Part shown: piece after piece, positions 1 through 9,982 of the stretch
Layout of the letters: the number at the start of each line of letters is the position of its first letter
Position numbering within the stretch: position 1 is the stretch's first letter
Assembly: GCA_000004985.1 (NCBI GenBank)
Contig: GG738879.1
Length of the DNA stretch: 64,000 nucleotides
Direction: 5' to 3' (one strand)
Source of the DNA: Naegleria gruberi
Lineage: Eukaryota
Notes under the pieces: model-generated
Databases searched by the model: none
The model's input: only the letters and a program-made list of their open reading frames with translations
Told to the model about the DNA's origin: nothing
Position numbers and translations under genes: made by a program

Positions 1-878
1 TTTGGACGAAACCTTGTTTTTCATCTACAATGTATAAACATTGAAGAGATTGGAAATCAATATCAACTGATTTACCATTCTTATCAACAAATCCTTTAGT
101 AAGATCAAAACTAAACATAAAATCACGAACAACCATTCTCCCTTGATAAGTTGGAGGAAACATTGGACTAAATGAGAAGGAAACTATTTCAATCATTTGA
201 CTGGAAGGAAGAGCTATTTGATTAGAAACTAATTGTGCAACATATTCATGGGAAGGATAGGTAAGAGGTCTATTGACAAAAGCACTCAAATACTGATTTA
301 AATTCTTGTGAATTTCATATTTTAGAGAAGCACGATAGTTGACCAATGTGGAAACTCCAAATTGAGCTGGAATTTCACTCTCAATACCCATAATAGCAAT
401 CGTATAGACTTTAGTCTGAAGAGGAAAGATCACTTGTTGGGTGAATTGTTCACTTCCTTTTGTAAAATCAATCGGAACAAATGTCTTTTTTTCCATGTCC
501 ACACCAACAATACACAACTCTTTCGGATTAACATTCAGTATTCCAAATGAAAAGTCATGTGTGAAGGAGAATGAAGCATCATTGGATGGGATGGACAGCC
601 TTTTGCAAGTCCAATTGAAAAACACCCAACAATTCATATCCATTCAAAGTTGGAGGAATAGAATAGCTTTCGAATATTTTTGAATCTGATAAATCACTAT
701 ATGTTGCAACACCAGATGTATTGGCTGTGAGGAAGTTATAATAAATCTTGGTGAATGAATCTGTTTGCCATGAGTATTGACCTCCTACAGTGATATTGAA
801 AGAAACTGAAAAACTTTCACACATGCCAAGGAAACCTAAAGAAACCAAGATTGCAATCAAGAAGAGGTGTTTGCTCAT
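1..878 (-). CDS. Secreted protein of unknown function, 5' partial (runs off the window). Exon 1 at 579..878 carries the ATG (876..878) and a signal peptide, MSKHLFLIAILVSLGFLGMC. A second long open frame continues from about 498 down to position 1 with no stop.
   Basis: Minus-strand ORF 579..878 has a hydrophobic N-terminal leader. A second minus-strand frame (…ELCIVGVDMEKKTFVPIDFTKGSEQFTQQ…VDEKQGFVQ) is open to the window edge. The frames are offset by +1, consistent with an intron of roughly 100 nt between about 490 and 600. Exact splice sites were not resolved. Confidence 0.4.
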
Positions 879-1162
879 TTTTTAGTTTGAAATCTATCAA
901 AATAGGCTACAGGACTATTCATCTTAAAAAGGGAGAATGAAACTCCGTGTTCCTTGTGTAATATCTGAAAAAATAGTCGAATCCCTTTGTGTTTCTAATT
1001 AACTACTTGTTTACAATAAAGATTCTAATTTGTAAAGGTTAGATAATAAAATTTTCATGTGTTAAATTTTCATTGTATTGAACTCAATATTAACTGTTGT
1101 AAGAGGTGTTACTATTTCTCTTTCAATAATTTCCAGTTTGGTTTCTAAAAATCCTTCTTACT

Positions 1163-2005
1163 TCATTTTGTTGAAAACTCTTTTTTTACTTGGAACAGTA
1201 GAAAAATCATCAACAATCCACAAATAATCAAATGATTTCTGTTCGATTGTTTGCTCTTTTCATAGATTGGTGGAATTGGCAATTGATAAAAATTCGAAAC
1301 TCTATGATATTGAACTCTATTTTGCAACAATTCAATAAACTTGTGTGGATATCCCTGCGAGTAGAATGCATCTCTAGGAATTAATCCATCACTTTTGAAT
1401 CCTTGATTGACAACCTCTTGTATTTCTGCCTTATATTTTTCAATAGAATTAATAATGGCTTGTTTAGAATTTTCATTGAAATAAAAGACCTGAATAGATT
1501 CTACTGATTCGTATACATCAAAGGCCAGGATATCTATTGTAAAACCAACATCATTGTCCATACTGAGATATACCTCTTGAAGTGAAGTGTCAGTTTCACG
1601 AAGATTTTCCAATTTGAACGGTATCTCCTCTCTTGAAAAGACTTTTGCTTTTTGATTGGTGGAATCAGATATTTCAGATAGCAATACGAATCCTCTATTG
1701 TCAATATCAAAGAACTCCCTACTTCTACCTGTAATTGCTAAATTATTATCATTTCCACCTCTCAATCCAATCATGTAAATCAAACCATCACTCTTCATTC
1801 CTGAATGAAGCTTGGTGAATGCAGAAGGTTCCTTCTGGAATAAACTCTTCCAATCACTATCATCAATTTCCTTGTGATCTATTATTCTTGGTATAGTCCC
1901 GGACATGTTTCTTCTCCATCCTCTCGTTTTCAGCAATTGATAACTCTGAAAATGTTGCTTCTTCAAGCAAGATGCAAATTTGAGGGTGTTTTGTAATTTG
2001 TGCAT
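1163..2005 (-). CDS. Hypothetical protein of 280 aa with a C-terminal hydrophobic segment, possibly tail-anchored.
   Basis: Intact 843-nt ORF with ATG at 2003..2005 (minus). C-terminal segment LIICGLLMIFLLFQV. No recognisable family motif. Confidence 0.45.
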   Translation of the reverse strand: MHKLQNTLKFASCLKKQHFQSYQLLKTRGWRRNMSGTIPRIIDHKEIDDSDWKSLFQKEPSAFTKLHSGMKSDGLIYMIGLRGGNDNNLAITGRSREFFDIDNRGFVLLSEISDSTNQKAKVFSREEIPFKLENLRETDTSLQEVYLSMDNDVGFTIDILAFDVYESVESIQVFYFNENSKQAIINSIEKYKAEIQEVVNQGFKSDGLIPRDAFYSQGYPHKFIELLQNRVQYHRVSNFYQLPIPPIYEKSKQSNRNHLIICGLLMIFLLFQVKKEFSTK

Positions 2006-2124
2006 TTTTTTGATTTTGTTTTAATTTTCTTAAATTGCAGGATTTAGAAGTAGAAATTTCTTCCATTTTGCTTCTATTATCAGGGTTTAGATTTTATTAT
2101 TGGAATAAATTGAATTCTATCAGT

Positions 2125-3240
2125 TTAAACTGATTGAGTAATACCAAAAGAATCAAAATTATCTGGACATAATTTCGAATAATGTTCAACACCCTTCTCA
2201 AAATCCTCATCACTAATTAACAATTCATCCAACACTTGTTCCAACCCTGTGAAATTATGTCTCAGTCCAATGAACACAATTTCCTGTCGTCGGTCGCCAA
2301 CTCTTTCAACAAAATGTTGTTTAACATTCTCAAAAACTGTCTTTCCATATAACTGGATGGATTCTTCTTCACCTAAAGTATCAAAGAATTTCAGATATCG
2401 TTCAGTGAAAAGAAAATTGAACAATTTTTCAGTATGGAAAGGCTTTCGTCTTCTGTAAACAAAACTGTTGAATCCATATTCGAAAGTTTCTGGGGTTTGC
2501 ATTCCTCTGAGTTCTTTTAACCACCAGGATTGAATGCTGCCTTTTCAAAATCAAATAGTCCAGTATTCAATACTTTGGAAAGATCTAGCTGAGAATTCAC
2601 TGTTTCATACATTGGCGTCTGTTTTTATTATGGATTTAGTTTAGCCATTAAACTCTTAATCTTTTGAACTTCTTCAATTGAAACTAAATCAATCTTATTA
2701 ATGATAATTACATTTGCAAACTCAAATTGATCGATCAAGAGAGGAGCTATATTTCTTCCATCATATTGCGACAATCTATCAACAAACTTTTCCTTCATTG
2801 TCAAGACAGAATTCAAATCATGCATTAAATTTGCAGCATCAACCATAGTAACACAAGAATCTAATCTTGCAAAATCTGAAAGTGTAAACGAATCATCTTC
2901 ATCCAACTCTCCATCTTCATCTTCCACCTGGAATTCAACATATTCGAAGGTGAATGTCTCTGCAACCTGAAGTGGCTCTCCAATACCTGTTGATTAAATA
3001 TCACAATAGTCAAATACTTCAGTTTGAGATAATTCAAAGAGTTCAACCAGCAAATCTTCTCTCAATGTACAACAGATGCACCTGCAATCAAGAATTATTA
3101 CACATGGAATCAAATTACTTCTACCACTTCCTAAGAAACCACTCAACAGAGTAACTGGTATCTTCTTTCTTTTATATTTATCAAAAATGGATTTGCACAG
3201 GCTAGGAGCTTGTGCTGTTTGTTCTCTCCTTAAGATCCAT
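2125..3240 (-). pseudogene. CobW/ZNG1-family (COG0523) metallochaperone GTPase, disrupted and likely a pseudogene.
   Basis: Family motifs are present and in order on the minus strand: KIPVTLLSGFLGSG (P-loop, but the Walker lysine is Arg), CICCTLREDLL (CxCC), FDYCDI-*-STGIGEPLQVAETF (switch II), LIDQFEFANVIIINKIDLV (NKxD), NTGLFDFEKA, and a CobW C-terminal domain (QTPETFEYGFNSFVYRRRKPF…). Lesions: TAA at 2993..2995 sits exactly where the conserved Glu of the ETTG motif would be. A tandem TAA TAA lies at 2625..2630. A 1-nt frameshift (TT where TTT is needed) lies near 2517..2522, between NPGG and LKELRG. A further frameshift lies between the ATG at 3238..3240 and the P-loop frame. About 35 residues (the NEFGE/switch I block) are missing between GSG and CICC. 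Confidence 0.5.
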
Positions 3241-3463
3241 TAAGAATTGTTGTTGTTGTTGTGCTCTTTTTATTCTTTTTATGAATTTAAAACCCGTACC
3301 GCAGAATTAAAAGATTTACGGTGCAATTCTTTGAATTGAATATTCTATGAAGTATAGCAAGGTATTTGTGAGTTAGTACGATTGAAAAGGAGGAATTAAG
3401 GGTGAATGAGAAAACACCAACAATTATATGAACGCCTTAATATTCTTCAAATCTTCTCCAAGA

Positions 3464-3534
3464 AGGGAGATAGTTCAGTGGTAGAACATGGGATTGTGGT
3501 TCCTAAGATCAGGGTTCGATTCCCTGTCTTCCTA
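3464..3534 (+). tRNA. tRNA-His (anticodon GTG), 71 nt.
   Basis: Cloverleaf read directly from sequence: acceptor AGGGAGA/TCTTCCT, D-arm GTTC-AGTGGTA-GAAC, anticodon stem TGGGA/TCCTA with loop TTGTGGT (anticodon GTG), T-arm CAGGG-TTCGATT-CCCTG, discriminator A73. G-1 is not encoded, as in eukaryotic tRNA-His. A TTTT pol III terminator follows at 3539..3542. Confidence 0.85.
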
Positions 3535-3589
3535 CACCTTTTTAAATATTAATAATACAAGTTTATTGTAAGGCAGAGTCCAATTTAAA

Positions 3590-4606
3590 TTACATCATGG
3601 TACAAGCTCCCTTCTTTCTCTTTTTCACCTTATTCATAATTTGGACAGCACAATCCATAAAGCTCTCCTCAACATTTGTTCTAGTTTTTGCAGAAGTTTC
3701 AAAGAAGGTAATATTTCCAAACTTTTTGGCAACTTCACGTCCTTCATCTGCTGAAACAACTCGTTCATTCTTCAAATCTGCCTTATTACCAACCAAGACA
3801 ACTGCTGTCTCACTTGCTAAATTACGATATTCATCAGCATTGTCAAATTCTTTAGCTTGAGCAATTTGTTCAAGGAATGAATAAACTTCATCAAATGAAT
3901 TCCTATTAGTGACACTATAAACAATGACGAAACCTTCTCCTTGTCTAATATATTGATCACGAAGTGTACTATTTCAATGTGACATTTCCACACAAATTAA
4001 AATGATCGTTAGTTTCCAACATGATATATAGTGACACATACCAAAATTCTTCCTGTCCTATTTACGTGCCAACAACAATCACACAAAATATTTGGAAATT
4101 ATTTGACGTTCTCTATGAACAACAATTTCCACACAACAACTTACCAGCAGTATCCAATATATCCAAAATTACTGGTTTTTTTTCAATATGTGTATCTTTT
4201 CGGTATCTTCATCATCAAATATATTAAATTTGTAATATAAATATATATTAACAATTATCATATGTGTTGATTATGACAATAAATATTATATAATAAATAA
4301 TTTAGTGTGATGATGTAAATTTGATGATGTAAAATTTGTACAAATCCACAAATAATAATAATAACAAGAATTGTTATTCATGATGAATTTCTAATAAATT
4401 AATAACATACGAATCTTCCAAGGTCGGATCATATTGTTCTACAAATACATTTTGAATAAGTTGGACGATGAGAGCTGATTTTCCTACACCTCCTAATTTC
4501 CATGTTAAACATTCCAATAATTTAGACGAAACATACCTGAACCGAAAACAACAATTTTCAATTCTTCTGGTTGCTCCTTTGCGTTCTTGTCCTTCTTTGG
4601 TGGCAT
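3590..4606 (-). CDS. Ras-family small GTPase (Ras/Rap-like), 202 aa. Five exons: complement(join(3590..3968, 4042..4057, 4145..4206, 4411..4492, 4537..4606)).
   Basis: Spliced product: [96 protein letters not shown]…LVGNKADL…[14 protein letters not shown]…[14 protein letters not shown]1, G3 (DTAGQE), NKxD and ETSAK motifs are all present. The C-terminus has a polybasic stretch followed by a CAAX box (CTMM). Donors are GTATGT (x3) and GTAAGT; acceptors are AG; exon phases are consistent. It includes a 16-nt micro-exon. Confidence 0.75.
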
Positions 4607-5689
4607 GTATGAAATATTTTATTGTTATCGTGTAAATGTTTGACAAGTGGCATGGGACAGGGAACTGTTTTCCAATATTCCTTCGGAAGATAAGCTGAAC
4701 TGTTAATATTATTGTAACCGGTGGCCTTTCAACTTGTTTGGTCAATTGTTGATTGGTTTGATCAGATCTGTAAATCGATAGATCTGTTAAATGTGTTGTA
4801 AATATTATAAGTGTACACAACAAGCATTGAGAATTAACTGATTATAAATTGTTGTTGTTGTAATAGACTGATAGTTGCACAGTTCCAATTGTAAGCTGTT
4901 TCACTTTTGGAATTAGGCGGTTAAGTGGTTATTCGAATCTTCAACGTGAGATTTGTGAGAGGAGTGATTCACCCTCAAGATAATTTTGAAAGTGCTTGAA
5001 TTTCTTTAAACGAATCAAAAGGAAATTTGCTAACTATTTCTTCCAGTCCAATAAAATATTAATAATATTCGAAAGGGATAATGAAAACCATTCACACAGC
5101 CATGGTTGCAACAAAGTTTCACCCACTGATGCATTAACAGAATATCTAATCACGAATCATCACCTTAATCTACTATCTCTGCAATGGCTTGTACTAATTC
5201 ATCATTACTTTCGTAATTCTTGGTTTTTCATTCTCACTATGAAAAGGGTTAGAAAGCAAATATATGGGGAAGGTGATTTTCCTCCTAACCTAATTTACAC
5301 TTTAACTCCAGGAATGTTTGGCGTTTACCTCCAATTTCCAATCAAACATCCTCAAAATATGGGATTCTGTATCCGAAACTAATTGAAAGAATTTAAATAA
5401 CCACAGTAAAAAGAAAAAGCAACACCGCATCATTAAATATATTAACTCACATTACGCAAGCTTTGGATTTCTATCACCACCTTGCTTGTGTTTCTTCTAA
5501 TTAATACGAAACTGTTGCTTTCACTCATCATCAATTTTACCTTGTACTTTTAACACAATAGAGATTAATAGACTCACACTAACAACAACCAAATACTAAT
5601 ACCACAAATGTCATCATTACCCATCTCCTATACCGGCTATTGTGACGACGAAAGCAACAGAGAATCATCACATCTTGATTCCCAGTCCA

Positions 5690-6040
5690 TCATCCATACT
5701 ATTGCTCAATAATAATAGTCCTCATTCTCATCATTTGCATCATCCACAACAACACCAACAGCAGCATCAACATCCAAATCATCACAATCACCGATCCATT
5801 ACCATGAGTATGCTTCAACATCAACAATTGGTCGAGTGTTTTGCTCAAGATCAGATCGATCTGGAGAGCGTTTCATCGTCCTATTGTTGTTCACCTCCGT
5901 CTGCTTCCTCCTCCATGCTACCTGCTACAGCTGCACACCATCACGATGAAACAACTTCTTCTTCTTGTGGCTCGGCTAGTCTTGATGTTGGTAGAAATAA
6001 TTATCTGCACCATCATCATCATCAGAAAGGTTCCTTCGAC
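5690..6040 (+). repeat. Imperfect CAN-codon trinucleotide tracts (CAT/CAA/CAG/CAC) encoding His/Gln runs within the RGS-SAM gene's 5' region.
   Basis: Visible runs: catcatcatcatcatcag (6010..6028) and caacaacaccaacagcagcatcaacatccaaatcatcac (5746..5785). Confidence 0.5.
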
Positions 6041-7570
6041 TCGTTCGATTCCAATCATACGAATTCATCATCGGTATCGGCTGTTGTGGATGAGCGATTA
6101 TTATTATCATCATCGAGGAATGATTCCTTCTCTTCCTTTCATTTGATGGAGGAACAGCCTATTTTCATTCATTCACCATCCAATTCTATTTATTCACCCT
6201 CAGAGGAACATGTTCTCTCATCAAGCCTTGATAATAATAATAATGCGATAACACTTAATAACAATTCTAACAATTCTAATAATGATAAAGTAAAAGAGTT
6301 CAGCAAGTTATCATTTACTAATAACAGTACTAATAATCAACATTACAATAATCCACCAACTATTCGATCATCTCCAAGAGATATCAAATCAATTGCCACA
6401 AGTAAAGTTGCCTACTCTCTCAATGATACCAAATCTACTCAATCCAAAGGTCAGATCGAAGAAGGAATATCAGAATTGGAACAATTATTTGCCTCTAGAA
6501 GAGCTTTCAATTCACTTTCGAAAAAGTATTCAACAGATAACTTGCTTAAAGAACAAAAGAAGAGAAACAAACATTCCACTGATAAGGATCATTTACTATT
6601 GCTACAACAGCAACATCAACCTTCTTTGACAAGTGCCTCTTCATTTACTGCCACTACTTCTACATCATTCCTGGAACCATCCTCCAATGCCATTCGTTCA
6701 ACCAAGTCAACTTCATGTCTTTCACCATCTTCCCCAATTAGTGATTCATTTGAAGAGATCAAGTCAATAATTCAAGCTTACTATAATTACGAGTCCTTTG
6801 TTGAGAGTGCAGATGGGAGAGAAGAATTAAGATTATATTTGAGGAAGAGACATAATGAAGAGATGTTATTAATGTTGGAAACTAGAATTACCTTTCTGAG
6901 TTTCTATGAGGAAGGTTCTAATTTCTATGTGGGAAGAAGAGCTCTGTTAAAAGTGAAAGAATTTCAAATGATTTATTCTCAATTCATTGATACCAATTCT
7001 CAATTCTGTATTAATATTGATTCAAGTATAAGAAACAAATTTGTAAAGCTCAACCCTCGAGTGAATAAGGTTAATACAGAAGAAGAGGCTGCTCTTCTAG
7101 TGAAGGAAATTGATGAATGTTTGGACACGCTTCATTTTAGTGTATCACTTCAGGTCAAGACTGAAATTTTCTCACAATTCAAAAAAACGGAGGAATTTCA
7201 AACTTTCATTCTTTCAAAAATTATAGAACTCCAAGGAAAGAAAGCTTGGGAAGGACTTGAACGTCAAAATGGTACATCATTACATGACAGTCCATCCAAT
7301 CATGGAGGATTTTTCTCCTTCCTAAAGAAAAACCCTCAAAATTCAGCCATCAAGAAATTTGAAGAGAAATTAATTGAGGAATTTCTGATAGAAAATGAGC
7401 TCGCTGAATATTGTGGACAATTCAGAAAGAAAAAACTCTACACTCTAAGCCAAATCCAAAACTACTCTTGTGATGATTATCTAAAGTTGGGTGTTATCAA
7501 AGTTACTCATCAGACCCGATTAATTCGTCTCGTTGGACAATATTTCAAATCCTATTGTAATAAGAATTAA
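5804..7570 (+). CDS. RGS-domain plus C-terminal SAM-domain protein with a Ser/Asn/His/Gln-rich low-complexity N-terminus. First in-frame ATG is at 5804; the ORF is open from 5642.
   Basis: RGS signature blocks: ELRLYLRKRHNEEMLLMLETRITFLSF…QMIYSQFIDTNSQFCINIDSSIRNKF…LDTLHFSVSLQVKTEIFSQFKKTEEFQTF. SAM-like C-terminus: EEFLIENELAEYCGQFRKKKLYTLSQIQNYSCDDYLKLGVIKVTHQTRLIRLVGQYF. The track's M at 5642 is GTG. The 54 codons upstream of the first ATG (HHLHHPQQHQQQHQHPNHHNHR) look coding, so the true 5' end is uncertain. Confidence 0.6.
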   Translation: MSMLQHQQLVECFAQDQIDLESVSSSYCCSPPSASSSMLPATAAHHHDETTSSSCGSASLDVGRNNYLHHHHHQKGSFDSFDSNHTNSSSVSAVVDERLLLSSSRNDSFSSFHLMEEQPIFIHSPSNSIYSPSEEHVLSSSLDNNNNAITLNNNSNNSNNDKVKEFSKLSFTNNSTNNQHYNNPPTIRSSPRDIKSIATSKVAYSLNDTKSTQSKGQIEEGISELEQLFASRRAFNSLSKKYSTDNLLKEQKKRNKHSTDKDHLLLLQQQHQPSLTSASSFTATTSTSFLEPSSNAIRSTKSTSCLSPSSPISDSFEEIKSIIQAYYNYESFVESADGREELRLYLRKRHNEEMLLMLETRITFLSFYEEGSNFYVGRRALLKVKEFQMIYSQFIDTNSQFCINIDSSIRNKFVKLNPRVNKVNTEEEAALLVKEIDECLDTLHFSVSLQVKTEIFSQFKKTEEFQTFILSKIIELQGKKAWEGLERQNGTSLHDSPSNHGGFFSFLKKNPQNSAIKKFEEKLIEEFLIENELAEYCGQFRKKKLYTLSQIQNYSCDDYLKLGVIKVTHQTRLIRLVGQYFKSYCNKN

Positions 7571-8575
7571 TAAATACATCATTCCCATCACCTCATTCCA
7601 GTGTTGTATTCATGAAATTTCTCAATCACTTGATGAATAATTTTCACGTGAAATCTTGCATTATCCTAGGCAATTAATATCACCAAATATGGTCATATTT
7701 TTGGTAGTGACATAATTTCAAAAGCACATTTTTTTGCAGTCCAAAGCGAAAAACTCAAAAAGCATTTTTCAACGTATTTGTATGCATCGCTTCGGAGAGA
7801 TGAACATGTGAGAGAACAAATCCATGTGCCTTATTAAAATTGTTCTGTTTTAACCTCCTTAATGAGCCTATAACTGTAGATTCGTTTTACAAGTTTTCAA
7901 ATCGTTTTTTGCATCCTTCTCGAAATGTTGGTGTTGTATAGATTTTTATCCTTCACACATGTGTGATCATCAGTTTGATTGTCAAATGTTACAGCAATTG
8001 TTTAACTATTTTATTTGACAATCTCACAAATTGAATTAATGAGCTTATTTCGAAGTTATTAAATTCACCGAGATGAAGAATCATCATTTTAAAAAGGTGC
8101 CTCATTAACAAACTCAATATCTATTCGAATCAAACGATCGATACAATCTAACAACAACCAATTAATTGTAAGGACCAATTATACATGACGATACAGTTCT
8201 TTTGATTCTCAATCTTGTTTCCTAAAGAGATAACATCCCAACTGCTCTACCTTTTACAAAACAGAGTTTTACTGTGGTGATTGTTTGTTCGCCTCTTTTG
8301 TCCAAAAACGTTTTTCGCCGTGTTTTTTTGGTCAGCCAAAATACAAACAAACAAATAGATGGCAATAAAAGCAGTTTCTTTTGGAGAATATCATCATAGC
8401 ACTATAAAAAACAACGAAACAACTCACTCTCTGGTGACAAAGACGACCACAACTCTCTATTCTCTCACTGCATCATCTCTCTCTAATTGTTATAGTCCCT
8501 CATCATTTCTCATCGTTCATCATCAGCAGAGCAGTGTTCCCAATCATCAGTAACACCACATCATCAGAGAATCTA

Positions 8576-9907
8576 ATGTCCTCACCAACAACTCACTCTA
8601 GTACATCTGGCACTAGCGATGAAGCCATGCCAAATGGAAATCCTAACGATTGTACTTGTCCTACAAATATTAATAATAACATTGTTGGTTCCACTATTAT
8701 TGATGAAGAACTCATCAGGAGAATTGAGGAGGCTCATCAGAATGACCCTAAAATTATTCAATGTTGTAGTACCAATGAAAAGACTGATATTAAACCAATG
8801 CAACAAACCCATGCATTTGAGCAAAAGGAGCTCGATAGAACTCAACAATTACTTGAAACGGCCCTCATTTCTATTATCCAAAAGTATCAAGCACCAAAAC
8901 AAGAACAACAACCAATTATACCAACACCTCTCCCTGTTACTTTACCTCTACCAATAACTATTAATCCACCTAATGTTCTTCAAGATATGATGTGTGCTGC
9001 AGGTGAAAAGAAGGCTAAAGAATCACTTGATCAAGTAATTATCTTGTCATTACTATCCGGTGTTTTTGTTGGTTTTGGTGGTATTGCCTCAATGAAAACT
9101 GGTGGCAGTATGGCCGGATGGGATGCTACCAATCCAGGTTTTGGAAGACTGATCTTCTCAGGTGTTTTTACTGTCGGTTTAATGTTGGTTATTGTTGCAG
9201 GAAGTGAATTATTTACTAGTAATAGTATGGTTATGTTTGTTGCCATGTTGAGAAGAAAGGTTAATGCTTGGCAATTGTGCAAGAATTTGGTTATTTCTCT
9301 CACTTTTAACGTTTTGGGCGCTTTTATTATTTGTTACTTTTTAATGTATTTACCAACTACAGAAAAGGAAATGCACACGGCTCCATTTGTTACGTATGCC
9401 AAATCTCTCGGTGAAAAGAAAGTTTCTCGTTCTCATGGTCTTACTATTCTCTTGGGTATTGGTTGCAATTGGTTGGTTTGTCTTGCTGTCTACATGACCT
9501 ATGCTTCACATATTCTGGTTGACAAATTGATTGCCTTATTCATGCCAATTTTGGCCTTTGTTGCTGGTGGTTTTGAACATTCAGTTGCAAATGGCTTCTT
9601 TATTCCATTAGCAATGTTATACGGTAGTCCAATTACCATGTACGATTTTTTGGTTACCAACTTGATGCCTGCCACACTGGGTAACTTGCTTGGTGGTGCC
9701 TTCTTTGTTGGTATGTGTTTCTGGTACACTCATGGTGTTAGACTTGAAAATATTTACTACTTTGATACCAAATTTACCTTAAAGGCAAGAGAAACTATTG
9801 CTAGACCAATTTTGAATTTGTGGGATAGGGTTGCTGCTCTCAACCCATTCCTCAAGCAAGAAAATCAAGCTCAATCTGCTATTGAGCTTGCTGATCAAAA
9901 AGTGTAA
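8576..9907 (+). CDS. Formate/nitrite transporter (FNT) family channel with an N-terminal low-complexity extension.
   Basis: About 260 aa of C-terminal multi-pass membrane domain matching the FNT family (…GGSMAGWDATNPGFGRLIFSGVFTVGLMLVIVAGSELFTSN…FEHSVANGFFIPLAML…GNLLGGAFFVG…). The N-terminal ~180 aa are Ser/Thr/Asn/Gln-rich. The ORF-track start at 8534 is GTG; the first ATG is 8576. Single exon. Confidence 0.8.
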   Translation: MSSPTTHSSTSGTSDEAMPNGNPNDCTCPTNINNNIVGSTIIDEELIRRIEEAHQNDPKIIQCCSTNEKTDIKPMQQTHAFEQKELDRTQQLLETALISIIQKYQAPKQEQQPIIPTPLPVTLPLPITINPPNVLQDMMCAAGEKKAKESLDQVIILSLLSGVFVGFGGIASMKTGGSMAGWDATNPGFGRLIFSGVFTVGLMLVIVAGSELFTSNSMVMFVAMLRRKVNAWQLCKNLVISLTFNVLGAFIICYFLMYLPTTEKEMHTAPFVTYAKSLGEKKVSRSHGLTILLGIGCNWLVCLAVYMTYASHILVDKLIALFMPILAFVAGGFEHSVANGFFIPLAMLYGSPITMYDFLVTNLMPATLGNLLGGAFFVGMCFWYTHGVRLENIYYFDTKFTLKARETIARPILNLWDRVAALNPFLKQENQAQSAIELADQKV

Positions 9908-9982
9908 ATAATTAAGTTTTTTTGAAGAGTGTAAAATAACAAGGTTTTGTAAAATAAAAGAAAATTCGAATGAAATCCTTCT

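Noticed and set aside
2625-2995. In-frame TAA codons at conserved positions raised the possibility of a ciliate- or Blastocrithidia-style stop-codon reassignment (TAA as sense).
   Set aside because: TatD and Ski2 both terminate at TAA exactly where homologues end. ORFs over 1000 codons are free of TAA and TAG under the standard code. The same gene also carries frameshifts and a deletion. Locus-specific decay (pseudogene) explains the data better.
3046-3240. Tried to rescue the CobW N-terminus by placing an intron (GTAATT..TTGCAG, 37 nt) between the P-loop and CICC motifs.
   Set aside because: The splice yields an immediate stop in the downstream frame, and about 35 conserved residues are absent regardless. 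Consistent with a deletion rather than an intron.
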